Assembly: GCA_963805625.1 (NCBI GenBank)
Contig: CAWDVE010000010.1
Location: 992,001 to 1,056,000 of the forward strand
Reading direction: 5' to 3'
DNA: 64,000 bases
Origin: an uncultured Candidatus Rokubacteria bacterium
GTDB taxonomy: Bacteria > Methylomirabilota > Methylomirabilia > Rokubacteriales > DASRDR01
Shown here: positions 46,594 through 56,975 of the stretch, piece by piece
How positions within the stretch are numbered: the first letter of the stretch is position 1
How the letters are laid out: each line of letters begins with the position of its first letter
Made by a program: the position numbers and the translations under genes
Notes under the pieces: generated by a model
Told to the model about the DNA's origin: nothing
The model's input: the letters and a program-made list of their open reading frames with translations, nothing else
Database searches by the model: none

Positions 46594-46595
46594 CC

Positions 46596-47450
46596 CTACC
46601 AGGAGACGCAAACAATCGCGGCCAGCGTCGCGAGCGCGCCGGCCGTCTGTCGCCCCGTGAGCCGCTCTCCCAGCAGCAGGCACGCCAGCAGAACGGTGGC
46701 GGCGGGGTAGAGCGAGGACAGCACGCCGGCGACGTCCAGGCGGCCGACCTGGGCCGCGAGGACAAAGAACGCATTTCCCCCGGTGTCGAGCAGGCCGGCC
46801 AGACAGATGAGGCCGAGCGCCGAGCGCCCCGGGAACCTGAGCCTCCCCGTCATGCCACCGATCGCCGCCAGCACTCCCATCGAGGTCGCCCGCGCGGCGG
46901 TGAGCGGCCAGAGGACCGTGGATCCGCCGGCGCGGTGGATGAACACCAGGAACAGGCCGAAGCTCACTCCCGCCAGCAGGGGCAATACGAGCTCGCGTGG
47001 ACCGGCCCGATCAGCTCCGCTGCCGGCCGCCGTGAGCAGCCACACGCCCGCCAGGGCCAGGGCGAACCCCGCGAGCCGCAGCGATCCCGGCGACCCGTAG
47101 AGGGTCGCCCCCACCAGCACGGGCACGACGGCTCCCACCACGCCCGACACCGGCGCGGCGATCCCCATGCGCCCGGAGGCGAGCGCGGAGTAGAGTGCGA
47201 GGAGGCCGAAGGCTCCGTTGGCTCCCGCGAGCGCTGCCCACCCCAGCTGGCCAGGGGTCGGGACCGCCTCCCCGGTCACGGCCGCGAGGACGACAAGCAG
47301 CGCGATGCCGACCCCTTGCGAGACAATCACCACGCCAGCTGCGGGAGCGCGCCGGCTGGCCAGCCCGCCGCTGAAGTCTCCCGCGCCCCAGCTCACCGCC
47401 GAAGCGAGCCCGAACGCGACCGACCCGAAGGTGGAGGAGTCGCCCGCCAC
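46596..47450 (-). CDS. EamA/DMT family transporter
   Basis: About 10 TMs; WGAGDFSGG, SSLYPAATVLLA...GERL. Confidence 0.9.
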   Translation of the reverse strand: MAGDSSTFGSVAFGLASAVSWGAGDFSGGLASRRAPAAGVVIVSQGVGIALLVVLAAVTGEAVPTPGQLGWAALAGANGAFGLLALYSALASGRMGIAAPVSGVVGAVVPVLVGATLYGSPGSLRLAGFALALAGVWLLTAAGSGADRAGPRELVLPLLAGVSFGLFLVFIHRAGGSTVLWPLTAARATSMGVLAAIGGMTGRLRFPGRSALGLICLAGLLDTGGNAFFVLAAQVGRLDVAGVLSSLYPAATVLLACLLLGERLTGRQTAGALATLAAIVCVSW

Positions 47451-47468
47451 GAAGGCTCGCGCCGCGCC

Positions 47469-49103
47469 CTAGTGGATCGAGAAGTCCTCGGCCTTCTCGG
47501 TGATGAACTCGAGGAGCGCCGGGACGCCGGCCTCCGTCTTCTTGATCCCGCGCCGGATGGCCGGGATGATCTCCGCGGGCTCGGTCACCCGCTCGCCGTA
47601 GCCCCCGAACGCCTTCGCCATGTCGGCATAGTGCCCGGAGATGTCGGTGCTCCGGTACTTCTCCGTCGCCGCCTTCATGATCTTGAGCTCGATCGCCATC
47701 GAGAAATTGTTGAGCAGGATCGACAGAATGGGGATGCGCTCGCGCACCGCCGTCTCGAAGTCCATCCCGGTGAAGCCGATCGCCGCGTCCCCCCACACGT
47801 TGACGCACAGCCGCTCGGGATGGGCCAGCTTCGCCCCCATCGCGAGCCCGAGGCCGTAGCCCAGCTGGGTCGTCTTCCCCCAGCCGATGTAGGAGAGCGG
47901 CGTGACGCACTCCCAGAAGGGCGAGAGCTGGTCCCGCGGGCTGCCCGCGTCGTGCGTGATGATCGTCCGGGAGACGTCCACGGTGTGCAGGAGGTCCCAG
48001 ATCACCCGGTACGGCGAGAGCGGCTTCGTCGCCTGCGTCAGGCGCGGCATCCACTGGGCGACCCACGCGGACTTCGTCTCGCGGATCCGCTCCGTCACGG
48101 AGCCCGACCGCCCGCGAGCCTTTCCATGGAGACGATCCTTGATCTCCACGAGCAGGGCGTCCAGAACGAGGCCTGCGTCGCCGATCAGCGCGTGGTCCGC
48201 CCGCAGGTCCTTCGAGAGGTCCGCGGGATCGAGCGTCGAGTGGACGATCCGCTTCCCCTTCGGCATCTTCACGCCGTAGTTCGTCGTGGTGAAGCTACAG
48301 CCGATGCCGAAGATCACGTCCGCCTCGTCGAGGAACTGGCGCACCGCCTTCGGGACCGACCGGCCGCCCGACCCGAGCGAGAGCGCGTGGGTCTCGGGGA
48401 AGGCGCTCTTCCCCTCAAGGCTCGTCGTGACCGGGCACTCGAGGAGCTCGGCGAGCGCCCGGAGCCCCTCCCACGCCTTGGCGTAGTGCACGCCCTGGCC
48501 CGCGTAGATGACCGGCCGCTCGGCCGCCACCAGCACCCGGGCCACCTCGCTCACCGCCACGGGGTCGGGCGCCACGCGCGTCCGGAGGGCGGGCACGTAG
48601 TCGAGAGGCTCCGGCACCTCTTCGGTCATGAGGTCCACCGGGATCTCGACCAGCACCGGACGGGGCCGCCCGTTCCGCACCTGCGTGAACGCCCGCCGCA
48701 TCGCGTCCGGGATCGCGTCTGCCATGATCACCTGCTCGGCCGACTTCGTCACGTGCTGGTAGTTGAGGAAGGCGTTGAAGTTGGGCGGCACGTTGGTCTG
48801 GCGCCGCGGGAAGCCGCCGGGAATCACGACGATGGGGACCGAGTCGCCGTAGGCCTGGGCGACTCCGCCGAACGAGTTCTCCACGCCCGGGCCGTGCTGC
48901 ATCGCGAACACGCCGATGCGGTCGCCGGAGGTGACCCGGCTCACCGCGTCGGCCATGTGGAGACCGGTGCGCTCCTGGCGTACGATGATCGTCCGGATGT
49001 CGGCCTGCGCGGAGGCCTCGATGACGGTATTGACCGGATACCCGATCAGGAACTGGACTCCTTCACGCTTCAGGATCTCGGCAACGGCGGCGGCCCCTTT
49101 CAT
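47469..49103 (-). CDS. Thiamine pyrophosphate-requiring enzyme (acetolactate synthase-like)
   Basis: RQERTGLHMADA, QHGPG, WGDAAIGF...NN TPP motif. Confidence 0.9.
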   Translation of the reverse strand: MKGAAAVAEILKREGVQFLIGYPVNTVIEASAQADIRTIIVRQERTGLHMADAVSRVTSGDRIGVFAMQHGPGVENSFGGVAQAYGDSVPIVVIPGGFPRRQTNVPPNFNAFLNYQHVTKSAEQVIMADAIPDAMRRAFTQVRNGRPRPVLVEIPVDLMTEEVPEPLDYVPALRTRVAPDPVAVSEVARVLVAAERPVIYAGQGVHYAKAWEGLRALAELLECPVTTSLEGKSAFPETHALSLGSGGRSVPKAVRQFLDEADVIFGIGCSFTTTNYGVKMPKGKRIVHSTLDPADLSKDLRADHALIGDAGLVLDALLVEIKDRLHGKARGRSGSVTERIRETKSAWVAQWMPRLTQATKPLSPYRVIWDLLHTVDVSRTIITHDAGSPRDQLSPFWECVTPLSYIGWGKTTQLGYGLGLAMGAKLAHPERLCVNVWGDAAIGFTGMDFETAVRERIPILSILLNNFSMAIELKIMKAATEKYRSTDISGHYADMAKAFGGYGERVTEPAEIIPAIRRGIKKTEAGVPALLEFITEKAEDFSIH

Positions 49104-49361
49104 GGATGTCCTCCTCGGGACAGAGATGACGTCGGCACGCGCGGATGATAGCACGTCAACCGCGCGCGCCGCGGCCCGGCGGCGGCTCGGCACGCATCCA
49201 CTCGATGGGCTCGCGCGGGCGCGTACGGGACATCGGGACCTCCGGTTCCCAATCAGGGGCGCGAGATTCCGCCGCGCACGCCGTGCTAGACTGACTCCTG
49301 CCCGATCGGCGGGCCGGTCCGGCTCAACGCCGGACCGACACTAGCGTCAGCGAGGACGACC

Positions 49362-50432
49362 ATGACTCACCCGATCCGGATCACTCGCGCGACCCAGAAG
49401 AAGCCGAAGCCGCGGGACAACGAGCTGGGGTTTGGCACGGTCTTCACGGACCACATGTTCGTCGCCGACTTCCACGAGGAGAAGGGCTGGTACGATCCCC
49501 GGATCGAGCCGTACGGGCCCATCACCCTCGACCCGGCCGCCGCGGTGCTCCACTACGCCCAGGCGATCTTCGACGGGCTCAAGGCCTTTCGCGGGAAGGA
49601 CGGCCGCGTCCGGCTCTTCCGGCCCCAGAAGCACGTCGAACGGATGAACCTCTCCGCCCGGCGACTCTGCATCCCGGAGCTCGACCCGGAGCTCGGCCTC
49701 CAGTCGCTGGTGGAGCTGGTGCGCCTCGAGCAGGAGTGGGTGCCCTCGAGCGTCGGCACCGCGCTCTACGTCCGGCCCACGATCATCGCCAACGAGCCGT
49801 TTCTCGGCGTCCGGCCGGCAAAGCAGTACCTCTACTTCGTGATCCTGTCGCCCGTCGGGGCGTACTACAAGGAGGGCATGAATCCCGTCAAGATCCGCGT
49901 CGAGGACAAGTACGTCCGCGCGGCGGAAGGCGGCACGGGCGGCGCCAAGACGGGCGGGAACTACGCGGCGAGCCTGCTTGCCGCCGAGGAGGCTCACGCA
50001 GCTGGCTTCACGCAGGTGCTGTGGCTGGACGGCGCCCACCGGAAGTACGTGGACGAGGTGGGTACGATGAACATCATGATGCGGATCGGCGACGAGGTCC
50101 TCACGCCTCCGCTCACGACCGGCACGATCCTCCCCGGCGTGACGCGGGACTCGGTGCTCACGCTCCTCCGCGAATGGGGAGTTCGCGTGTCCGAGCGCCC
50201 GGTTGCCATCGACGAGGTCGTCGAGGCGGCGCACCGGGGCACGCTCCGCGAGGTGTGGGGCACCGGGACGGCCGCCGTCATCTCGCCGGTTGGTGAGCTG
50301 GCCTACAAGGGTGAGCGCTTCGTCATCGGCAGCGGGCGGATCGGCGAGCTGACGCAGAAGCTGTACGACGCCATCGTGGACATCCAGTACGCGCGGGTGC
50401 CGGATACCCGCGGCTGGACCGTAGCAGTCTGA
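49362..50432 (+). CDS. ilvE: Branched-chain amino acid aminotransferase
   Basis: LGFGTVFTDHM, LHYAQAIFDGLKA, KTGGNYA, EVGTMN, ILPGVTR, GTAAVISPVG. Confidence 0.95.
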   Translation: MTHPIRITRATQKKPKPRDNELGFGTVFTDHMFVADFHEEKGWYDPRIEPYGPITLDPAAAVLHYAQAIFDGLKAFRGKDGRVRLFRPQKHVERMNLSARRLCIPELDPELGLQSLVELVRLEQEWVPSSVGTALYVRPTIIANEPFLGVRPAKQYLYFVILSPVGAYYKEGMNPVKIRVEDKYVRAAEGGTGGAKTGGNYAASLLAAEEAHAAGFTQVLWLDGAHRKYVDEVGTMNIMMRIGDEVLTPPLTTGTILPGVTRDSVLTLLREWGVRVSERPVAIDEVVEAAHRGTLREVWGTGTAAVISPVGELAYKGERFVIGSGRIGELTQKLYDAIVDIQYARVPDTRGWTVAV

Positions 50433-50628
50433 CGGCCGCCTGCGCCGTGGCTCAGCGACAAGTGGCCTGGCGCCCCCGCGGGTAGCGCCGGCCCGGGGTG
50501 CCCGACGCGCCGAGCCGGGGGGGTCCCCCACGCCGGGCGGCGGGGGTCGGCGAGACGCATGGGACTGGGCCTGCGACAGGACCTACCCGGGTCCGGTCAG
50601 TCATTCTCGAACGTGTCGAGGTGACCTC

Positions 50629-52248
50629 ATGGCATACGAAGGACCGCGGTCGCACCGTCCGTTGATCATCGGGCGGCGGGGCGCCGTCGCCTCGAACCAC
50701 CCCCTCGCCACCCAGGCGGGCCTCCTCGCGCTCCAGGCAGGCAGTAACGCCGTCGACGCGGCGGTGGCGGTGGCCGCCACGCTCTCCGTCGTCGAACCGT
50801 TCATGTCCGGTCTCGGCGGCGACGGCTTCTACCACGTCTACGTCCGGCGGACGGGTGAGGCGGTCGTCTTCAACGGAACCGGTCCGGCCCCGCGCGCGGC
50901 GACGCCCCAACGCTACGCGTCCCGCATCCCGATGGCGGGACCCCTGGCCATCTCGGTCCCTGGCTCGGTGGGGGCGTGGGGCACGATGCACGCCCGCTTC
51001 GGACGGCGCCCTTGGGCATCGCTCCTCGAAGGAGCGATTCACTACGCTCGCGACGGATTCGGCGCTACCCGCGCCTGCCGGCACTTCGCCGGGGAGCAAG
51101 TCGGCTCCCTCCTTGCCGACCCGCGTAGCGCCCGGGTGTTTCTCCGCGATGGACGCCCGCCGGCCGTTGGCGCGGCGATCGTCCAGGCCGACCTCGCCCG
51201 CACCCTCGAGCGCCTCGCGACAGCAGGAGCCGAGGATTTCTACCGCGGTGAACTCGCACGAACTCTCGCCGCCGGATGCCGGGCGGCCGGCGGCCTGGTG
51301 ACCGCCGACGACCTCGCCGCGTTCGAACCCGAGACTCAGGCGCCGATCGAGCTCGTCTATCGCGGGTACACCGTCCGTGAGGCGCCGCCGAACTCCATGG
51401 GCTGGGTGCTTCTCCAGGAGCTCGGCATCGTCGAGCACTTCGACCTCGCCGCGATGGGCCCCCTCTCTGCCGACCTCGTCCACACGCTCGTCGAGGCGAA
51501 GAAGCTCGCGTTCGCGGACCGTGAGCTCTGGAGTGGGGACCCGCGGTTTGTGGGGGCGCCGCTCGACGAGCTCCTCTCGCCCGCGCATCTCGCGCGCCGC
51601 GCGGCCGAGATCGACCCGAAGCGAGCGGCACCTGCCGGGATGGCCACGGCCACAGCCGCGGGCGACACCACGTACTTCTGCGTGGTGGATGGCGATGGAA
51701 ACGCCGTATCGGGCATCCAGAGCCTCAACAGCGCGTTCGGCTCCGGCGTCACCGCGGGCGACACGGGCATCCTCCTGAACAACCGCATGACGCCCTGGCA
51801 CCTCGAGCCGGGCCACCCGAACCGCCTCGCGCCGGGCAAGCGGGTCCGCCACACGATGAACCCGCCCATGGTGTTCAAGGACGGCGAGCTGTGGGCCGTC
51901 TTCGGCACGCCAGGCGGCGACAATCAGGTCCAGGTGAACCTGCAGGTCCTCACCGCCATGGTCGATCTGGGCTACGATCCCCAGCAGGCCGCCGAGATGC
52001 CGCGCTGGTCGAGCACCCAGCCTGGCCAGGAGGCCAACTGGCCGCACGACTGCCCCGACGCCCTGAACCTCGAGGAGCGCTTCTTCGACGAGGTCCAGGC
52101 CGACCTCGCTGGCCGCGGCCACCCGGTGGTCAGACTCGGCGACCTCGATGGACCCTGCTCCGTCGAGATCATCCGCCGCGACTCCGGCTCGGGAATGCTC
52201 CTGGCCGGCTCCGATCCCCGCCGCGACGGCTGGGCGCTCGCCTACTGA
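50629..52248 (+). CDS. ggt: Gamma-glutamyltransferase family protein
   Basis: NAVDAAVA, SGLGGDGF, GD-TTYF autocleavage Thr, PGKRVRHTM, GTPGGD, SDPRRDG. Confidence 0.92.
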   Translation: MAYEGPRSHRPLIIGRRGAVASNHPLATQAGLLALQAGSNAVDAAVAVAATLSVVEPFMSGLGGDGFYHVYVRRTGEAVVFNGTGPAPRAATPQRYASRIPMAGPLAISVPGSVGAWGTMHARFGRRPWASLLEGAIHYARDGFGATRACRHFAGEQVGSLLADPRSARVFLRDGRPPAVGAAIVQADLARTLERLATAGAEDFYRGELARTLAAGCRAAGGLVTADDLAAFEPETQAPIELVYRGYTVREAPPNSMGWVLLQELGIVEHFDLAAMGPLSADLVHTLVEAKKLAFADRELWSGDPRFVGAPLDELLSPAHLARRAAEIDPKRAAPAGMATATAAGDTTYFCVVDGDGNAVSGIQSLNSAFGSGVTAGDTGILLNNRMTPWHLEPGHPNRLAPGKRVRHTMNPPMVFKDGELWAVFGTPGGDNQVQVNLQVLTAMVDLGYDPQQAAEMPRWSSTQPGQEANWPHDCPDALNLEERFFDEVQADLAGRGHPVVRLGDLDGPCSVEIIRRDSGSGMLLAGSDPRRDGWALAY

Positions 52249-52341
52249 GACCACGCAGTCGCCTGCTCTCGGCCCTCAGCTCCCCGCGTGAGGGGGACCG
52301 CTTCGGAGGGTGACCGGCTCCGCGCCCGAGATCGGCCCCGA

Positions 52342-53451
52342 CTACCGCGTCTTGCCCCGGCCGAGGATCGGCCAGACGGCCTCGACCCGCCCGGCACGGA
52401 TGCCGTACAGCTCGTCGTGCAGGAATAGCGTCGAGTCGCAGTACCCAGCCACGAACTCCACGCGGTCCCCCACCCTGGGGCTCACGGCCGGCTCGGCGAG
52501 CGCGATCGTCGCGTGCTCCGCCGACACGTTGAGGGCCCGCACTTCGCCCAGGTTCAGGGGAGCGGGAGGCGTCGGGTAGACGGCCATGCTCTTCCATCCG
52601 GCGTCGCACACGATCCGGGTCGGGGTCGACCGGCTCGTCACCGTGGTCAGGATCGTCAGGGCCTGTTCGTGCTCCACGCCGTAGGCCTTCCGGTAGTGAA
52701 CGTCTCCGAAGATCCCGCCGCCCGCCTGCACCTCCGTCACGCCCGGCAGGGTCGCCGCGATCTGGTACGTCCCGGTCCCCCCGCAGCTCACGATGTCGAC
52801 CGGCAGGCCGGCGGCCCGGCACGCGTCGGCGCTCGCCGTGAGCATGCGCACGGCCGTCTCGATCGCCCGGCGTTTCTCCGCGGGATCGGCGATGCTCGCG
52901 AGCCGGCCGCCCTCCCACCCCATCAGGCCGGCGAACTGAAGCTCCGCGCGGGCGTCCACCCGCCTGGCCAACGCCACCGCCGGCTCCCCCGGCTCCACCC
53001 CCGCCCGATTCATGGCGATGTTCACCTCGACGACCACGCGCAGCGGCGCCCCCGCCCGACGGCCGGCCTCTGCCAGCGCCGTCACGTGCGCCTCGCAGTC
53101 CACGGCCACGATCGGATCGGCCCGCTGGCGCAGCGCCGCAAGCCGCGCTATCTTCTCTGCCCCGACGATCTGGTTGGCGATCAGGATGTCGCGGATGCCG
53201 GCCGCCGCCAGCACCTCCGCCTCCCCGACCTTGGCGCAGGTGACCCCCCGCGCACCCGCGTCGAGAAGCTTCCGCACCAGGGCCGGCGTCTTGATCGCCT
53301 TCGTGTGCGGGCGCCATCCGATGCCGGCCTCCGTCACGATGATCCGCCGCATCGTCGCAATGTTGCGTTCGAGCTTGGGAAGGTCGACCAGCAGGGCTGG
53401 CGTGTCGAGATCCCCGATCGGGCGTCCAACCATCTCCCCGAGCCCGGTCAC
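52342..53451 (-). CDS. DSD1/D-threonine aldolase family PLP-dependent enzyme
   Basis: LDTPAL, RPHTKAIK (PLP Lys), CAKVGEAE, GGTGTY, DAGWKS, SAEH. Confidence 0.9.
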   Translation of the reverse strand: MTGLGEMVGRPIGDLDTPALLVDLPKLERNIATMRRIIVTEAGIGWRPHTKAIKTPALVRKLLDAGARGVTCAKVGEAEVLAAAGIRDILIANQIVGAEKIARLAALRQRADPIVAVDCEAHVTALAEAGRRAGAPLRVVVEVNIAMNRAGVEPGEPAVALARRVDARAELQFAGLMGWEGGRLASIADPAEKRRAIETAVRMLTASADACRAAGLPVDIVSCGGTGTYQIAATLPGVTEVQAGGGIFGDVHYRKAYGVEHEQALTILTTVTSRSTPTRIVCDAGWKSMAVYPTPPAPLNLGEVRALNVSAEHATIALAEPAVSPRVGDRVEFVAGYCDSTLFLHDELYGIRAGRVEAVWPILGRGKTR

Positions 53452-53485
53452 CAGACCGTCCCTCCTTCGGCGCCCACAGGTGCCC

Positions 53486-54313
53486 TCACTTGAGCACGCT
53501 CGCCGTCATGCCGCGGATGAGCCGCTCGGAGAAGAACACGTAGATCGCGATCACCGGCAAGACCGAGATCATCATCCCCGTCGCGATCATGCCGATGTCC
53601 TGGAGCTGATCGCCCATGAACTTCATGATCCCGAGCGGCAGCGTTCGCTTCTCATCGTCCGTCAGGAGCACCACCGCGTAGAGGAACTCGTTCCACAGGT
53701 CGATCAGGTTCAGGATGACCGTCGTCGCGATCGCCGGGAGCCCAAGGGGCACCGTGATCCGCCAGAAGAGGCCGTAGTCGGAGCACCCGTCGATGCGGGC
53801 GGCGTCGAAGTAGTCCTGCGGGATCTGCGCGAAGAAGCTCTCCAGGAGATAGAAGGTCAGCGGCAGCTGGATCGCCGCGTACACGAGCATCACCCCCGCC
53901 CGCGTGTTGAACAGGTGGTACTCCACCAGGACCTGGAAGAGCGAGATGATCGTCAGCTGCGGCGGAAAGATGATCGCGCTGAACAGCGCCACGTGGACGA
54001 GCCGGTTGCCCCGGAAGCGATACCGGGCGAGGCCGTGCGCCACCATCGCCCCGACGACGGTCACCAGCACCACCGCCGAGAGCACGATCACGGCGCTGTT
54101 CCAGAAGTACGTGCCGTAGTTCGACGTGGTCCAGGCGGCCACGTACTTCTCTAAGTGGACGGGCACCGGCGCGGCGTACGGATTCGCGCTGATCTCGGAG
54201 GTCGTCCGGAGCGACATGGCCGCCAGCCACAGCATCGGCCCCCCGGCCAGGACGGTGTACCCGGATACGGCGAGCAGGATCAGAAACCGCGTCAGGGACC
54301 GGGTCCAGCGCAC
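53486..54313 (-). CDS. Carbohydrate ABC transporter permease (MalG-like)
   Basis: DAARIDGC, WNEFLY, TLPLG. Confidence 0.93.
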   Translation of the reverse strand: MRWTRSLTRFLILLAVSGYTVLAGGPMLWLAAMSLRTTSEISANPYAAPVPVHLEKYVAAWTTSNYGTYFWNSAVIVLSAVVLVTVVGAMVAHGLARYRFRGNRLVHVALFSAIIFPPQLTIISLFQVLVEYHLFNTRAGVMLVYAAIQLPLTFYLLESFFAQIPQDYFDAARIDGCSDYGLFWRITVPLGLPAIATTVILNLIDLWNEFLYAVVLLTDDEKRTLPLGIMKFMGDQLQDIGMIATGMMISVLPVIAIYVFFSERLIRGMTASVLK

Positions 54314-54316
54314 GGT

Positions 54317-55267
54317 CTAGTACTCCAGCCGGTCGCGCCGCCGGAGGAGCCACGTCAGCGCCAGCACGAGCACGAGCACCACGAGAAACCACAGCGACGC
54401 CACCGCCGACGGATACCCGAGGTCGAACGTGCTCCACTCGAAGGCCCGCTTGTAGACGTACGTCGACACCGTCTCCGTCGACCAGAGCGGTCCGCCCTGC
54501 GTCATGATCCACACGAGATCGAACACCTTCATCTTGCCGATGAATGACAGGATCAGCAGGCTCAGCAGCGTCGGCCAGACCATGGGGATCATGACGAAGA
54601 AGAGCTTCCGGCCCCAGCCGCAGTTGTCGAGGTCGGCGGCCTCCAGCACATCCTTCGGGAGGGCGAACAGTGCAGCCAGACACACGACCATGCTGAAGCC
54701 GGCCCACTTCCACGCGTGTGTGAACATGACCGCCCAGAGGGCCGTCGCCGGATCGCCCAGCCACGAGTGGACGAAGCGTCCGAGCCCGACCCCCCGGAGC
54801 CCGAGGTTCACGAGCCCCCAGTCGTAGTTGTAGATCCATACCCACAGGATGCCGACCACGACGTAGGACAGCAGCACCGGCGTGAACCAGACCACCCGGA
54901 AGAAGCGCGCGAGCGGCACCCTCGCGTAGAGGCCTAGCGCGAGAGCGAGACCGATCGCCACGTCCGCGACCGGCGCGATGCCCGCCCAGATCAGCGTGTT
55001 GCCGACCGCCTTCCAGAAAACGCGGTCCCGGGTCAGGAGCTCGGTGATGTTCCGGAGGCCGACGAACTCCACAACCCCGCGAGGCTTGATCGTGTGGACG
55101 CTGTTGTAGAAGGTCCGGACCGCGGGGTACAGCGTGAAGCCCACGAAGAGCAGCACGGCTGGCGCGAGGAAGAACGCGATCACCACGCCGCGCGCGTGGA
55201 GAAGCCCGCGCTGGCGGCCAAGGGCCCGGGGTGCGGCAGCGGCCGGCGCCCTGCCCCCGGAGGTCAT
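54317..55267 (-). CDS. Carbohydrate ABC transporter permease (MalF-like)
   Basis: FVGLRN, LEAADLD, KVFDLVWIMTQGGP, GYPSA. Confidence 0.92.
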   Translation of the reverse strand: MTSGGRAPAAAAPRALGRQRGLLHARGVVIAFFLAPAVLLFVGFTLYPAVRTFYNSVHTIKPRGVVEFVGLRNITELLTRDRVFWKAVGNTLIWAGIAPVADVAIGLALALGLYARVPLARFFRVVWFTPVLLSYVVVGILWVWIYNYDWGLVNLGLRGVGLGRFVHSWLGDPATALWAVMFTHAWKWAGFSMVVCLAALFALPKDVLEAADLDNCGWGRKLFFVMIPMVWPTLLSLLILSFIGKMKVFDLVWIMTQGGPLWSTETVSTYVYKRAFEWSTFDLGYPSAVASLWFLVVLVLVLALTWLLRRRDRLEY

Positions 55268-55320
55268 CAGGTCAGCAGGCCGCGTCGCGAGTGGAGCGAC
55301 GGGGCACGAGAGGCAGCTCG

Positions 55321-55364
55321 CCCCCGGGGAGCGCGCCGCCTACTCCAGGCGCGCTTCCCGGGGG
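55321..55364 (-). terminator. 17-bp near-perfect hairpin between SBP and permease
   Basis: CCCCCGGGGAGCGCGCC-N10-GGCGCGCTTCCCGGGGG. Confidence 0.65.
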
Positions 55365-55393
55365 ACCGAACGCAATCGCAGCGAAGCAGCCGG

Positions 55394-56716
55394 CTACCCT
55401 GTGAAGCAGCCCTGATTCATCATGTCCACGGCCTTGTCGACGGTTAGAAGACCGCCCGGGAAAGCCGTGTTCATGACCTGCACGAAGGTGTCCCGGCACT
55501 GCCCCTGCAGGTGGTCGATCGGGATCCCGATGAAGTACTCGCTCGTCTTGTTGCGATCTCCCAGCTCCTGGAAATAGGGCGCGTACTTCCCGGTGACCTT
55601 GCTCATGTCCGTCTTGATCGCAGTCTGAAGCAGAATCGTGCTCAGCCAGCTCGCGCCCATCTCGGGCGTCGCCATTTCGTTGAGCATGCCGGCGGCGAGC
55701 TTCGGATACTTGGTGGCGGCGTTGATCGAGAAGCTCGCTCCCACGGCGAGGGTCTTGCACTGGTTGCAGGCGCCGCCCTCCATCGCGGGGATGTTCATGA
55801 TCCCGAGCGGGAAGTTGTCCGGCTGGCCGCCCTTGTCGGGCGACACGAAGGCGCGCGCCGTGTACCAACTCCCCATCGGAAACATGAGCCCGCCCGGCTT
55901 CGTGTGGAAGTAGTAGTGCGACTCCCCGAGCTTGAGCGTCGCGAAACTCTTCGGGTACGCTCCCGCGTCGACCAGCGACTTGACGTACGTGAACACCTGG
56001 ACAACCCCCGGGTCCTTGTAGGAAAGCTTGCCGGCCAGGAGCTTTCCGTAGTCGTCGCGGCCGAGTTTCTTCAGCAGCGTCTCTTCGAGCACGTAGGCGC
56101 CCGGGTACGGCCGGTCTCCCACTCCCTGCACGATCGGGGTCGTGCCGGCGGCGGCGGCTTTCTTGACGATGTCCAGGAACTGGGCCTGGTTCACCTGGCC
56201 GTTCGGGGGCAAGTCTACCCCGAGCTTCTTCATCAGCTCTTTGTTGTAGTAGAGCTCGACGGTATAGACCTCCTGCGGCAGCGCGTACGTCTTGCCGCCA
56301 TGGGTCCACACCTTCCGCGCCCACTCGTGGATGCTCCGCCAGTCGACCAGATCGTCGAGCGGCAGGAGGAAGCCGTTCGTGATGTACTCGACCTGGTCCG
56401 GCTCGTCGTAGAAGATGTCTGGCGCCTGGCCGGCTCGCAGCGCCGTCTTCAGGGCCGCGTAGAGGGCGGGCTTGTCGAACCACGTGATCTTGACCTTGAC
56501 GCCGGGGTTCTTCTTCTCGAAGGTCCGGGCGGCCATCTCGCGCCACGCGACCTTGGACGGCTGGTCGGCTTCGTGGCTCCACATCGTGATGGTCGTCTCC
56601 TGCGCCTGCACGATCGGAGCGACGAATCCCGTCACGAGAGCCACGGTGGCAACCGTCAGCCAGCGGCGCGCGGTCCCGCGCGCCTGAAATGGATGGATTG
56701 AAGCCATGATCGACAT
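55394..56716 (-). CDS. ABC transporter substrate-binding protein, family 1 (carbohydrate)
   Basis: Signal peptide; FEKKNPGVKV, APDIF, LLPLDD, YALP, YYNKE. Confidence 0.9.
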   Translation of the reverse strand: MSIMASIHPFQARGTARRWLTVATVALVTGFVAPIVQAQETTITMWSHEADQPSKVAWREMAARTFEKKNPGVKVKITWFDKPALYAALKTALRAGQAPDIFYDEPDQVEYITNGFLLPLDDLVDWRSIHEWARKVWTHGGKTYALPQEVYTVELYYNKELMKKLGVDLPPNGQVNQAQFLDIVKKAAAAGTTPIVQGVGDRPYPGAYVLEETLLKKLGRDDYGKLLAGKLSYKDPGVVQVFTYVKSLVDAGAYPKSFATLKLGESHYYFHTKPGGLMFPMGSWYTARAFVSPDKGGQPDNFPLGIMNIPAMEGGACNQCKTLAVGASFSINAATKYPKLAAGMLNEMATPEMGASWLSTILLQTAIKTDMSKVTGKYAPYFQELGDRNKTSEYFIGIPIDHLQGQCRDTFVQVMNTAFPGGLLTVDKAVDMMNQGCFTG

Positions 56717-56975
56717 GATTCCCTCCGCTTCTTGAAGCCGGTCAATCGAGACGGCTCACTGTCGGCCGGCGCTACCATACGCTCGCCGGGTCAGAGCCGC
56801 GAGGCCGGCGCAACGGTAGCCCGTCCTCCTTGGCCCGTCAAGGCAGCGTCCGGATTCGGCGCACCGATGACCGACGGGGCCCGATGGCGCTGCCCCGGAG
56901 GCCCGACTATCATGCTGGCACGCGGCGTCGTCCGGCCGAGTCGTGGCTCGACCCTGGCGCCTGGAGGAATACTGG

